64,000 nucleotides of DNA from assembly GCA_963767735.1 (NCBI GenBank), contig CAVYES010000002.1:160001-224000 (forward strand), written 5' to 3'. Each line of letters opens with the position of its first letter. The first letter of the stretch is position 1. The translations under genes and the position numbers were made by a program. The stretch is from Candidatus Bathyarchaeota archaeon. Lineage in GTDB: Archaea; Thermoproteota; Bathyarchaeia; Bathyarchaeales; Bathycorpusculaceae. The notes beneath the pieces were generated by a model that was given only the letters and a program-made list of their open reading frames with translations, had not been told where the DNA came from and did not search any database. Below are positions 10,437-20,319 of this stretch, piece after piece.

Positions 10437-10877
10437 TTAAGAGAGTGCTCCAGCCGCGTTGGGTGCGTTCTCGGGGACTTGTTGGCTGATATCCCAGTAC
10501 TCAACTATCTTGTCTCCACTGAAACGGAAAAGATGGACCTGCCTTAAGCCGCCTTCACTTGGTTTAGAGCTGGAGATTTGCGTGTGAACTGCCACTAAGT
10601 CGCCGTCGGCCAGAACCTGTCTGATGATGAGTTTAAAGTCGGCTGTCGACCCTTTTATGATTCCTTTCGCGGCTTGTTTTTGCACTGCAATCATCGCGTC
10701 AGTTAAAGCGTCCATTCCGCCAGCTGTGTATGGGTTGTGCGTCTTGCAATCAAGAGCAAAAAAACGCAATCCATCCTTTGGCTTTCCCGAACCTACTAAA
10801 CGGAGAAACTCAACGGCAATTTCCTTATGAGTTTTGACATCATCGTCTTTTGATTCTTCAAAACCTGTTAAACTCAC
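10437..10877 (-). CDS. SnoaL/NTF2-like protein
   Basis: HNP; ADGDLVAVH...HLFRFSGDKIVEYWD. Confidence 0.85.
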   Translation of the reverse strand: MSLTGFEESKDDDVKTHKEIAVEFLRLVGSGKPKDGLRFFALDCKTHNPYTAGGMDALTDAMIAVQKQAAKGIIKGSTADFKLIIRQVLADGDLVAVHTQISSSKPSEGGLRQVHLFRFSGDKIVEYWDISQQVPENAPNAAGALS

Positions 10878-11136
10878 TTTTTCACCTAAAAAAATTAGAA
10901 CCTAAGAAAATTTAAATGTGCTGGTAAACCATTTTTCATCGAAGTAGCATCGTCTCTTTTGAGAGCCAAGAAGGTAAAGGAACAACTTTCATAGTACGCT
11001 TGCCCCCAGGAGCTAAACGGTAAATTAACCTACAAGTGAAGATAGATATTGCCAGTCCCAATGCTTGAAGCTGACAGGAAATACTAGCAAAGTGCAAGTA
11101 GCAAAGTTGGAAGCGAAGAGGGCGGAGGTGGAAAAA

Positions 11137-11451
11137 TGGATTGGATGATAAAGGGGAGACTTCTAGTGGGGTGGATGCTTCCTAATTGTGTTAGGTCTTG
11201 TTCTCTACTTTGTGAGAGGAATTGAAGCTACGCTCATCTTACCCGTCGTTGGAATAGTATTGCTCATTGTTGGAGTTATTTACAAGCCTCGCAAGAAGAC
11301 AGAAAACGTCACTAGCACAGTAAGTAGGGTTCCTCGACTGCTTGAATGTATGTCCATTAGGCTCAGCTTTTTTCTTTTTTTATTTTTTTTGTTGGAGCCA
11401 ATCAACGCGTTCAATGTTTGCAGAGGCTTAACGCATGACCGATGGAATTGA
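11137..11451 (+). CDS. Small membrane protein (frameshift near 11170)
   Basis: MDWMIKGRLLVG, then GCFLIVLGLVLYFVRG...IVGVIYKPRKK in another frame; two TM helices. True 3' end uncertain. Confidence 0.5.
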
Positions 11452-11786
11452 AAAAGCTCTAAAGAAAATTGGTTTTGAAGTGTCAAAGCTTGTGCATGCA
11501 TCGATAGCAATACTCTTAGGATTATTTGTGTGGACGCTCTCACAATTTTTATCATTTCTTGTGGAGCCTACTTCATAATTCAGGGAATACTGATATTCAT
11601 TGACTATTATGGATCTAAGAAGAAACTAACTGAGACGGATGTCACCTAGTTCCTTGTTTTTTATTTGGCAAATGGCCCAGGATCAAATTAACCCTGCGAG
11701 AAAACTCGCTTGTCCCAGCTAACTGCTTGGGGATATTTGTATTGTGTATATAGTCATGGGGGTTTATTTTGGATAATTGGGCTATA

Positions 11787-12260
11787 TCATAACTTTCGCG
11801 AACCTATGTCTACAAACTCGCAAATCATTCCCAGAAGCGGCTCGGTGTCCATGTAGTTGAATACGTTGTCACCGATCTTGCCACTCATGAGCACGTCAAT
11901 TCCCATTTCCATGAACATGTCGAGAACCACTGTAGGGTCTTGAACAAGCGGTTGGACATGATGGAGACCCTCGCCCCTCCTCTCTATGAACTCCTTCCAG
12001 ATGCTCGGGCCCTCAAGGGGCTGAATCAGTTCCAGCTGAATATTACCACTCTGTGCAATTGCCGCCAGCATTGAGGCCTCAACGGGTTTCCCACGCAGGG
12101 TCACCTCCGTTAGGATCGGTGGCTCCATTCTAACGATCTGCCAAGGACCGATGCCCAATGTCGCCCAATAGTTGTCCACTGTCTTCTGCAGATCCTTCAC
12201 AACGATTCCTATCTGGATTATGTTGTCTATTTTTATTTTAGGTACAATAAAATTACTCAT
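11787..12260 (-). CDS. VOC/glyoxalase family protein (methylmalonyl-CoA epimerase-like)
   Basis: QIGIVVKD, ELIQPLEG, GEGLHH and C-terminal E metal ligands. Confidence 0.88.
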   Translation of the reverse strand: MSNFIVPKIKIDNIIQIGIVVKDLQKTVDNYWATLGIGPWQIVRMEPPILTEVTLRGKPVEASMLAAIAQSGNIQLELIQPLEGPSIWKEFIERRGEGLHHVQPLVQDPTVVLDMFMEMGIDVLMSGKIGDNVFNYMDTEPLLGMICEFVDIGSRKL

Positions 12261-12762
12261 AGTTTTTTGCCTCCCGCATCTTTTGGTGAGCGTTGCATAA
12301 ACGAGCTCTATAAAATGAAACCTCAGAATTCTATATATAACTTCTTGAGAGATTCAAATTGATTTTTGGCACTCAGACATAAAGCTCAACAGATAATCTT
12401 TTAAGAGTGACGTTATATCTTCTGCGCTGAAATTTAGACTAGTTATCGCTCAGGCTCCTTCGGTCTTCGCCCCATTCATCCAAATGTTGTGGAGTGCGGG
12501 TTGTTAGAATGACACATAAACGAGGCAGAAAACACCCTAAATCTAAAGAGTTTTGGTCTCAGTTCAAAGATTCTTGCGAATTTGTTCAAGAACAAGCTTT
12601 CCTTGATAGGGTTAACGGGGTCTGTTTGTCTGAATACAGTTGATGATTGGCAATTCACTTAGCTTAAAGTTTTGGGAAACCTGTCCTGAACAAACAGCGG
12701 AATCCATTTTACCGCCTAAAGTATTAGCTATTTAAGCGAGAATTCTAAGTGAGACCTCATTC

Positions 12763-13767
12763 ATGGAAAATGAAAAAACCCTTGGAGCGCTAAGCAAAAT
12801 TAAGGTTACTCCGCTGGCGGCTGAAAGCTTCGGCGTCCGCAGCATGTGCACATTAGTTGAAACGCCCGATTTAACGGTGCTTTTAGATGCTGGAATTTCG
12901 CTTTGCCCGTACCGCTTCAGCTTGCCGCCGCATCCCACTGAGTTTCAAACAATCGCCAGGTTACGCAAACGCATCGCGGAAGCCGCAGACAAGGCTGAGG
13001 TGGTTACGATTAGCCACTATCACTTTGACCATCACACGCCCTCATACGAGGACTGGGTAGTCAACTGGACCGAAGCAAACGAAACAGCACGGCAAATTTA
13101 CCAAGACAAAACAGTGCTCGTGAAGAATCCGAAAGAAAAAATCAACGCCAGCCAAAGACAACGCGCTTGGCTTTTCCAAAAAACAGGAGGCAAATACGCT
13201 AAAAAACTGGAAGCAGCCGACTGAAAAACATTCAGTTACGGGCAGACAAAGCTGAGTTTTTCTGAACCTGTCGCCCATGGCTCTGAAGATTCAATGCTGG
13301 GCTGGGTTGTAATGGCGGTTGTGGAGTACGGTGGAGAGCGGTTCATGTTTGCGCCTGACGTTCAAGGACCAATGTCTTCCCGCACGCTTGAGCTAATTTT
13401 GAAGGTAAAAACAACCGTGATTATGCTGGGTGGACCGCCGTTTTATCTGGGAGGCTTCCAAGTTGAGGCGGCTCAGCTGGAGCAGGGGCTGCGAAATCTT
13501 GAAATCGTAGTGCAGTCGGTGCCTTTGGTTATCGTTGAGCATCACGCATTGAGAGATGATTTATGGAAGCAAAAAATAAGCCAGGTTTACCAGCAAGCGT
13601 CCACGGTTGGGCATAGGGTTATGACGGCTGCAGAGTATGCGGGCAACGAAAACGTGTTCTTAGAATCCAAACGTAAACAGCTTTACCGAGACTTTCCCCC
13701 TTCACCAGAGTTTAAAGCGTGGATGAAGACATTAAACGACAAAAAAATCGCTAAACCCCCACTGTAA
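12763..13767 (+). CDS. UPF0282-type MBL-fold metallo-hydrolase, interrupted by one in-frame TGA (13222-13224)
   Basis: AAESFGVRSM, ISHYHFDH, then EAAD*KTFSYG...EPVAHG...LGWV...PDVQGP...EHH. Both ORFs are in the same frame. Confidence 0.85.
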
Positions 13768-13848
13768 ACTGGCTGGAAAGCGGAAAATGAAATAAACAAG
13801 CAAACAAAAAATATCACCAAGTAAAATTCAGGTGAACGTTGAAGAGCC

Positions 13849-14532
13849 TTGTTAATCTTTAGTTTAGCCGCTTTTGTTGCTTCGTTTGCGCTTATTGTTT
13901 TGGCAGAGATGGGCGATAAAACCCAGTTTTTAGCCATGTCCTTTGCCACCCGATTCAACCCCTACAAGGTGCTTTTAGCAGTTTTCTTGGCAACATTGGC
14001 TAATTTTGCAATCACAGTAACCATAGGCCAACTTTTAACCACAATCGTGCCCATAGATGTAATTTTGCTGGTTGCTTCACTTTCATTCATCGGCTTTGGA
14101 CTCTGGACTCTGAGAGGTGAGAAACCGAAAAGTGAAGACGAAAAAGTTTCACGGTTTGGCCCGGTTGGAACGGTTTTTGTCGCGTTTTTTATCGGAGAGT
14201 TCGGAGATAAAACTCAGCTAACCACAATCAGTTTAGCAGCCCAATACCAAAACGCAGTAACCGTTCTCATAGGCGCAACCTTGGGCATGCTGGTGGCGGA
14301 CGGACTTGGAATTGCTGTGGGCGTTGCTTTAGGTAAACGTATTCCGCAGAGGACAATTAAGTGGGTTTCAGCAACCATATTTCTGATATTCGGGTTAGTT
14401 GGCGTCTATGAAGTTCTGTCATCTCGGATTGGTTTAGCTTACACAGCATTAACTTTAGTTTTGCTGGTTGTTTTCGCTGTTGCGGCAATTATTTTTATAA
14501 CTCGAAGAGAGATGGAGCGAAAAATTTGGTAG
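13849..14532 (+). CDS. TMEM165/GDT1 (UPF0016) Ca/Mn transporter
   Basis: Two ExGDKTQ motifs and multiple TM helices. Confidence 0.95.
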   Translation: MLIFSLAAFVASFALIVLAEMGDKTQFLAMSFATRFNPYKVLLAVFLATLANFAITVTIGQLLTTIVPIDVILLVASLSFIGFGLWTLRGEKPKSEDEKVSRFGPVGTVFVAFFIGEFGDKTQLTTISLAAQYQNAVTVLIGATLGMLVADGLGIAVGVALGKRIPQRTIKWVSATIFLIFGLVGVYEVLSSRIGLAYTALTLVLLVVFAVAAIIFITRREMERKIW

Positions 14533-14612
14533 CCAAAAAATGCAAAAGTGAACATGCATAATCTTGGTTGGTAAACTTTAAGGCTTAGTTCAATTAATTC
14601 TTTTTTGAGGTT

Positions 14613-14942
14613 TTGCGCTTGGATAAAAATCATGTAGTTATCGCTGAATTCAGTATAATGCCTGTTGGTCAAGCTGGAAGCAGTGTTAGTCGGTATGTTG
14701 CAGCCGCCGTTAACGTCTTTAAGAATGTTGACGGCTTAGACTTTGAAGTGACGCCCATGGGAACCATCCTTGCAGCAAAAGATCTTGACACGATATTTGA
14801 AGCGGTCCGCCGAGCCCATGAAGCCATCATCGAGATGGGAATCAAAAGAGTATCCTCCACGCTAAGGATAGATGACCGAAGAGATAAACCACGAACAATG
14901 GAAGATAAGGTAAAAACAGTCCAAAACTGCATGAAAAACTAA
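14613..14942 (+). CDS. MTH1187 family thiamine-binding protein
   Basis: SIMPVG..SVSRYVA, TPMGT, RIDDRRDK. Confidence 0.92.
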   Translation: MRLDKNHVVIAEFSIMPVGQAGSSVSRYVAAAVNVFKNVDGLDFEVTPMGTILAAKDLDTIFEAVRRAHEAIIEMGIKRVSSTLRIDDRRDKPRTMEDKVKTVQNCMKN

Positions 14943-15013
14943 AGGTTAACCATGAAAAACGGAACATAAATTTTAAAAAATAAAAGTTCGGAAAAAATTC
15001 CGTTTTTTTAATT

Positions 15014-15550
15014 TTATGTGATTGCTAGTTTCTTTGTTTCTTTAGGTTCTTTTTTAGGTAAGATGATTTCGAGTACACCGTTGTTTAAGCTTGCTTTTGC
15101 GTCATCTGACTTTATCTTCTCCGGTAAATCGATTCTTCTGTAAAACTTTTGAGCCATTCTTTCACGTCGGACATAGTTTTTCTCTTTTTCTTCCTCAGAA
15201 ATGCTCTTTTTCGCGTGAATCAGCACTGATTCTTCGCCGACTTCAATGTTTACATCTTCCTTGCTAAAGCCCGGCAAATCCACGGTTACACAGAAATCTT
15301 TTCCTCGGTCCTCCACGTCAACAGAAGGCATCATCATCATTTGTTTGAGCATCATTGGATAGCCAGGTCTGCCACGCATCCACTGTCTCCATCTCGGCGG
15401 CATACCCCAGAAATCATCGATCCGTTCCCGCATCATGTCAAAGTCGCGTTGATAGGGAGTTATGCCTTCTTCGCCTTCCTTCCTTACCTGTCCAGCTTTC
15501 TTCTCTTTTCCTCCATAGTAATAGTACATTTTCTTTTTTTCTTCAGACAA
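15014..15550 (-). CDS. hsp20: Hsp20/alpha-crystallin small heat-shock protein
   Basis: VDLPG, RRER..FYRRIDLP, ASLNNGVLEIILPK. Confidence 0.95.
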   Translation of the reverse strand: MSEEKKKMYYYYGGKEKKAGQVRKEGEEGITPYQRDFDMMRERIDDFWGMPPRWRQWMRGRPGYPMMLKQMMMMPSVDVEDRGKDFCVTVDLPGFSKEDVNIEVGEESVLIHAKKSISEEEKEKNYVRRERMAQKFYRRIDLPEKIKSDDAKASLNNGVLEIILPKKEPKETKKLAIT

Positions 15551-15679
15551 AATTTTTTCACCTCACCTTAACCGAATTCTCACTTCAGTTATTAACATAT
15601 GTGGCTGTGTCAAGCTAGTATCATACCCTGAAGCCGTGGAGGTAAACAACCGGAAAAAAGGTTCTCTTCTGCATTGCCG

Positions 15680-16027
15680 TTAAGTGTTTTCTCGGTAGGT
15701 GTAGCCGCATCTGAGGCATCGGAAAAACTGGGTGGAAGATTCGTCTGATCCTCGGGTTTGTACTTGCCAAACGTTTGCTGTGTTGTTTCCGCATTGGGGG
15801 CAATCAACATGCAGTGTGGGCAATACGCTGAACTGCTCTTCTTTTCCAATGACGGCGACATGCTGTTTTGGGTTATGTTCAAAGATTCTGCCGCCGACTA
15901 TGACTTTGCTGTTTAATTCTTGTTTTTTAAATTGGCATTTGGTGCATGCCATCATAATTAGGGCTTGTTTTCCAGAATTTACTTTTTTAGGTACAAGTCG
16001 TGAACCGCACTCCGCGCAAAAATCCAT
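15680..16027 (-). CDS. tfs: Transcription factor S (TFS/RpoM family)
   Basis: FCAECG...CTKC; CPQCGN...QTRGSDESSTQFFRCLRCG. Confidence 0.92.
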   Translation of the reverse strand: MDFCAECGSRLVPKKVNSGKQALIMMACTKCQFKKQELNSKVIVGGRIFEHNPKQHVAVIGKEEQFSVLPTLHVDCPQCGNNTANVWQVQTRGSDESSTQFFRCLRCGYTYRENT

Positions 16028-16325
16028 AGGTATTATCTCCTTTTTAAAAAAATTTTGGCAGATGAAGAATTAACTTGGCGCAAGTGTAAAAGTCTTTGTT
16101 CGGAAGAGAGAGAGGGGGAACATACTTCGTTCGCTTGCGTTGCGTTAATTTTCATATACCAAACGCTTTGGATTTGCATCCTCACGTTTGTTACTCATCC
16201 CTAATACAGGTTCATCCATAAATAATGATGTGACTGTATCGACCCTACAACAACCGACAAGCTTGCTGGCTGTATCCAATTGTTAACATTCACCCGCGAC
16301 TCCCTGAAGCCTCGCCGTCCCTGAT

Positions 16326-17012
16326 TTAACTATGCTTTTTAGGTCTTCTAATGGGCATAAGAGCAGCTTTTGCAGCACCCTTCTTCGATGCCGACGTTCT
16401 AGGCTTTATCATAACTACGGCTTTCTTTAGGTCCAGCGGAGTAATTACGCGGAAAAAAGTTTTGAAATCTGGGTCCAACTGCTCAATCACCATCGTTGAC
16501 ATGTAACGAACCCCACGCAGCTTAGACACCATTGCATCCAAATCAAACTCGCTGCTTGCCAAAGCATCTTTAGCCGCCTCCAAAGCTACCTGCGTACTGT
16601 AAACAGCATGCAACGTCTCAACCTCACAATCAGGTGATCTGGCAACAACCGCAGACTTACCCTGAGCACAATCAAAAAGCAACGTAACTACATCTTGGGA
16701 GACAAATGGGGAGTCAAACGGCAAAACCAACGAGTATTTTCCCTCTGCCGCCTCAAACCCAGTCAAAGCCGCCCCTAAAATCCCCTTTGATTCATCAGCA
16801 TTACAAACAAACCTAACCTTCGGTGAAACGATCTTAGCGTATGAATCTGCCTGTTCTTTTGAAGCGGTGACCACAACTACTTCTGCACCTGTGTCTTTCA
16901 CAGCGTCAACAACATACTTCAACAATGGCTTACCGTCCAGCTTCAAAAGACCTTTGTCTTCCCCAAACTTACCAAACGAATCAACGGCTAAAATGATAAC
17001 TGATTTATCCAA
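16326..17012 (-). CDS. mobA: MobA-like NTP transferase (molybdenum cofactor guanylyltransferase family)
   Basis: ILA...FGEDKGLL.LDGKPLL, PFDSPF, ETLHAVY, F.VITP.DL. The N-terminal LAGG loop is degenerate (LAVD). Confidence 0.8.
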   Translation of the reverse strand: MDKSVIILAVDSFGKFGEDKGLLKLDGKPLLKYVVDAVKDTGAEVVVVTASKEQADSYAKIVSPKVRFVCNADESKGILGAALTGFEAAEGKYSLVLPFDSPFVSQDVVTLLFDCAQGKSAVVARSPDCEVETLHAVYSTQVALEAAKDALASSEFDLDAMVSKLRGVRYMSTMVIEQLDPDFKTFFRVITPLDLKKAVVMIKPRTSASKKGAAKAALMPIRRPKKHS

Positions 17013-17110
17013 ACAGCAACGTCTCCACCCATAAATTACAAGACAAGTTAAAAAACATGCAGAGCAACTATACTGTTAAGTTAAGTTGCCTGTAAAAATT
17101 TTGTCGTTTC

Positions 17111-17293
17111 TTAATAGGAAATTCCATGTTTTGCCAGGATTTCAAAAACGATTTTCGTGCTTTGTGCTTCTTGTCTTTGTTCCTGCAGGCATGCTCGGGC
17201 TTGTTCGAGCACTTGAGTTTTTTGAGAGTCACTTAGGTTAAGCCAGTTAATTTTTTGTGCCAGCGTATTTGTTCCCCGCCTCTCATATCGCAA
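17111..17293 (-). CDS. Small hypothetical protein
   Basis: Helical 50-60 aa ORF with an upstream TTATAAA box. Probable start is the TTG of LAQKINW. Confidence 0.55.
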   Translation of the reverse strand: MRYERRGTNTLAQKINWLNLSDSQKTQVLEQARACLQEQRQEAQSTKIVFEILAKHGISY

Positions 17294-17367
17294 GCCTTTT
17301 TATAATGCAGTATTGTGGCTGTCGATATATATCGAAAATCGATATATTTCAGGAGACAAAAATAAGC

Positions 17368-17601
17368 TTAGGCGCCAGCTAAGACGCCGACTACCTTCAT
17401 CTTTTGCATGACGTCGTCGGCATGCGGCGCGATATCCATGTCTTCCGTCAGGTCTCGGCCTGCCTCATGTCCCATGTGGTCGCCATCACCCCACTGATCA
17501 GACACAGAAACATCATAAACCTTACCCTTGTACCCAACATACGCAGGCCTACCAGCCTTCCCATCAAAACCCCTTAACTCATCCACGGTGAATTTTTTCA
17601 T
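17368..17601 (-). CDS. Cytochrome b5-like heme/steroid-binding protein
   Basis: FDGKAGRPAYVGYKGKVYDVS...W..GDHMGHEAGRDLT...APH. Confidence 0.92.
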   Translation of the reverse strand: MKKFTVDELRGFDGKAGRPAYVGYKGKVYDVSVSDQWGDGDHMGHEAGRDLTEDMDIAPHADDVMQKMKVVGVLAGA

Positions 17602-17670
17602 GTTCTCCAAAATGCGCATACTCCTGAAGTATTTTTCGGTTGAAACCTAATTTTATAGCTTTCTTTTTGA

Positions 17671-18312
17671 TCACTTTTCGTTTAGTTCGGGTATTTGCTG
17701 TGTGAGCTTGACCCAGTTTTCGCCAGCATTCTGTTTTATAAGTGGTTTGACGTTGGCGAAAACCTGCGGCGGCATAAAAGTCATCCATCCCCGCGTAATT
17801 GTGAGTTGGTCGTTGAAGTCCAGGAGGGGAAAGAGCCATTTTGCCAGCGTGGGAAATTTTTCAGGCGGTACTTTTCTTGACATAACGCCAACGATGATGG
17901 CTTGTTCGTTCTGTGCTGTTCGCTCTCTAAGAATCGGGTACAGGTGGGCATCTTCTTTGTCGAGATGAATTCTCAGGTGTGCGTTTAGGGCTGCAGTTGC
18001 CCTAGCCGCTGCCAGTGGATCAGGCGCGTTGCGCATTGATTCCAATCCGCTAACCATGATGTCGAGCTCGTGGTGATCCATAAGGTAAGATTGCGCGACA
18101 AGAGGCGCCACCGCGTCAACCGCGGGAAAAACCGCAGCCTCCTCTCCACGAGCATGATAATCCAAAACCTCCCCCATAACATGAAACCGATCCAAAACAG
18201 GCGTTAAATCGCCGCCTCCACGGGCAATTTTAAAAGCTGAATCATCAATCTCAAAAACATCACGACGAAACGCATTATGCAACACCAGCACAATATCAAT
18301 CGGACCCGACAA
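17671..18312 (-). CDS. Hemerythrin-domain protein
   Basis: H, HARGEE, DH and HLDKED di-iron ligands. Confidence 0.9.
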   Translation of the reverse strand: MSGPIDIVLVLHNAFRRDVFEIDDSAFKIARGGGDLTPVLDRFHVMGEVLDYHARGEEAAVFPAVDAVAPLVAQSYLMDHHELDIMVSGLESMRNAPDPLAAARATAALNAHLRIHLDKEDAHLYPILRERTAQNEQAIIVGVMSRKVPPEKFPTLAKWLFPLLDFNDQLTITRGWMTFMPPQVFANVKPLIKQNAGENWVKLTQQIPELNEK

Positions 18313-19101
18313 AAAACCACAACCAAACCATCAAAACCACAATCATACTAATAACAATTTGCTGTCATAGCCACGCACATACAAAACTAAAAGATAGATT
18401 TTGCGATGGATATCTACGGTTGAATTCTAAGGGTCGGGTTAATTTTAGTTTAATATACCAAGTATTCTACTAGAGAATCAGGTCTTTGTGAATAGCGTCG
18501 TTGAAGTTCACTCGTAAAAGATTATGTTTGCATTTGCCGTCTTTGCAGCCATACAGCAGCAGGTTAGGATTGCTAAAGTTGGTTGTTAAAACTTCGTTTG
18601 TTGAATGCAGTTTTCCCAGTATTTAGAGCGGACTTGATTGTTTAAAACGTGCCCTCCAATAAGAGATACGCTCCAAGATTTCTCTTTAAAGGATTGAGTA
18701 ATCAACAACAACATCCAATAAAACGTTCAGTTGTGACGACCTTTGAAGCGTCGCCTTATATGGGATGAACGTTGAGCTTTAAATTAATTTGTGATTGCAA
18801 AACAGCAATAACACCATTTTCAAACAATATGCATATAGCAATCGATTGTATACAATAATTTATCTTATTCTCATTCATTAGTTTTTGTAATAGAAACTAC
18901 GCCTGAAAAAGGCAGACCTGAAAGCTAAACAATCCAGTTAAGATTTTAAAAAAAATTCGAGCTTAGAACGCAGGGTTTTGTGGAGGCGTTGGGAGTTTTG
19001 TTTTGAACTATTTATTTTGGATTCATAGGAGGCTTTCATAAGTTAGTTAAATAGCCTCAGATATCTGGTGCTGTATTGGTATGGTATCTGGAGGAAAGTT
19101 T

Positions 19102-19281
19102 ATGAAACAAATTGCAGAAAAAGATAGGAAAGAACTAGAAGCTAAGCTTGAGAATGTTTTCCAAGAAAAAATCAGTGAATTGCCGACAGAGTTGCGTGAA
19201 ATATTGCTAGATGACATGGTTACAGCCTTCGAAAACAGGTTAAATGTGTTAAACCGAGCAAACAGAAAAACAGATAATTGA
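19102..19281 (+). CDS. Small helical hypothetical protein (paralog of 6322-6549)
   Basis: GGAGG RBS; ELE...ILLDDMVTAFENRLNVLNRA. Confidence 0.8.
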   Translation: MKQIAEKDRKELEAKLENVFQEKISELPTELREILLDDMVTAFENRLNVLNRANRKTDN

Positions 19282-19368
19282 CGGCATGCATGGACGAAAT
19301 CAGTGATTAGTAATACATAAATGATTTATATTAAAAACGGGAATTTGATTAAAAAAGAGGAGTATAAA

Positions 19369-19662
19369 GTGCGTCGTTCAAAACTCGAAATGTATGTTGA
19401 CATCCTCGGCGTTCTGGCTCACAGAGGACCACTAAAACTAACACACGTTATGTACAAAGCCAACGTAAACTGCAGCGTCTTAAAAGAGTACCTTGACTTC
19501 CTCATAAAACAAGGCCTCGTCGAAGAACGCACCGCAGGAAAACAACGCGTAGTCTACGCCGTAACACAACGCGGCATAACAGTACTAAAATACTTCAAAG
19601 AACTAAAACAAGTCCTACCCATAGTCGAAGAAGCACGAAACCAAACCCCAATCCCCTACTAA
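19369..19662 (+). CDS. Archaeal winged-HTH regulator (HTH_45-like)
   Basis: RRSKLE..VDIL...THVMYKANVN...YLDFL...GLV...Y..TQRG. Confidence 0.9.
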   Translation: MRRSKLEMYVDILGVLAHRGPLKLTHVMYKANVNCSVLKEYLDFLIKQGLVEERTAGKQRVVYAVTQRGITVLKYFKELKQVLPIVEEARNQTPIPY

Positions 19663-19935
19663 ATCCAAACCCCCATTTTCATTAAACCAAAACATTTTAC
19701 ACAAACCACAAACATTCCCAACAACTAAATTTTCAACAAACAAAAAGATAAAAACTCAATTAAACATTCTACACAGACCACACGCTGCATAATACTCAAC
19801 CCAATTTATCAAAAATTGACGTTGACAAAATAATGTAGTTATTTGAAATAAATACTGCAGTTTCGCAAGTCTTAATAAATGAATTGTGGGATTAAACTGT
19901 CAACTGTATGTGTGCAGACATGTCTGGAGGGATTT

Positions 19936-20319
19936 GTGATTAAAGATGAGATGTTGGCTAAAAAGCCGATTACTGTGCTTGAGAAAATTGAGGAAAGTCT
20001 TGAGAGGCTGAATCAGAAGATGGAGGTAATTATTGAGATTCAGAAGAATGGCAATGACAGTCAAAGGTCAGCTATTACTTTGCCGGATGCTTCTTTGGAT
20101 GTTATGACGCTTCTTTCTATGCCCGATCACTTGCGGAAGACGGCTATGGCGATTTGCAGGTGTGACCGGGCAACTGCGGAAGAAATTGCTGGGCAGACAA
20201 GTCGAGCTAGAGCTGTTGAAAGTGCTTATCTTAATCAGCTTGTGATTATGGGTTATCTTAAGAAGACGCGGAAGGGAAGAAAAGCCTATTTTTACGTTGA
20301 TAGGGAGACGCAGGGTTGA
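19936..20319 (+). CDS. Coiled-coil plus wHTH DNA-binding protein
   Basis: LPDHLRKT-like segment, ATAEEIA..TSRARAVESAYLNQLV.MGYL...RKGRKAYF; overlaps the next gene. Confidence 0.85.
   Translation: MIKDEMLAKKPITVLEKIEESLERLNQKMEVIIEIQKNGNDSQRSAITLPDASLDVMTLLSMPDHLRKTAMAICRCDRATAEEIAGQTSRARAVESAYLNQLVIMGYLKKTRKGRKAYFYVDRETQG

Noticed and set aside
13222-13224. In-frame TGA at a probable Gly position (also TGA at 162-164), suggesting UGA recoding or selenocysteine
   Set aside because: TGA is a normal stop here, shown by ATGA/TTGA overlaps at 49179, 54188, 53457 and 20316. Both tRNA-Gly anticodons are GCC, and the position is not a Cys site. A base error or nonsense mutation is more likely.
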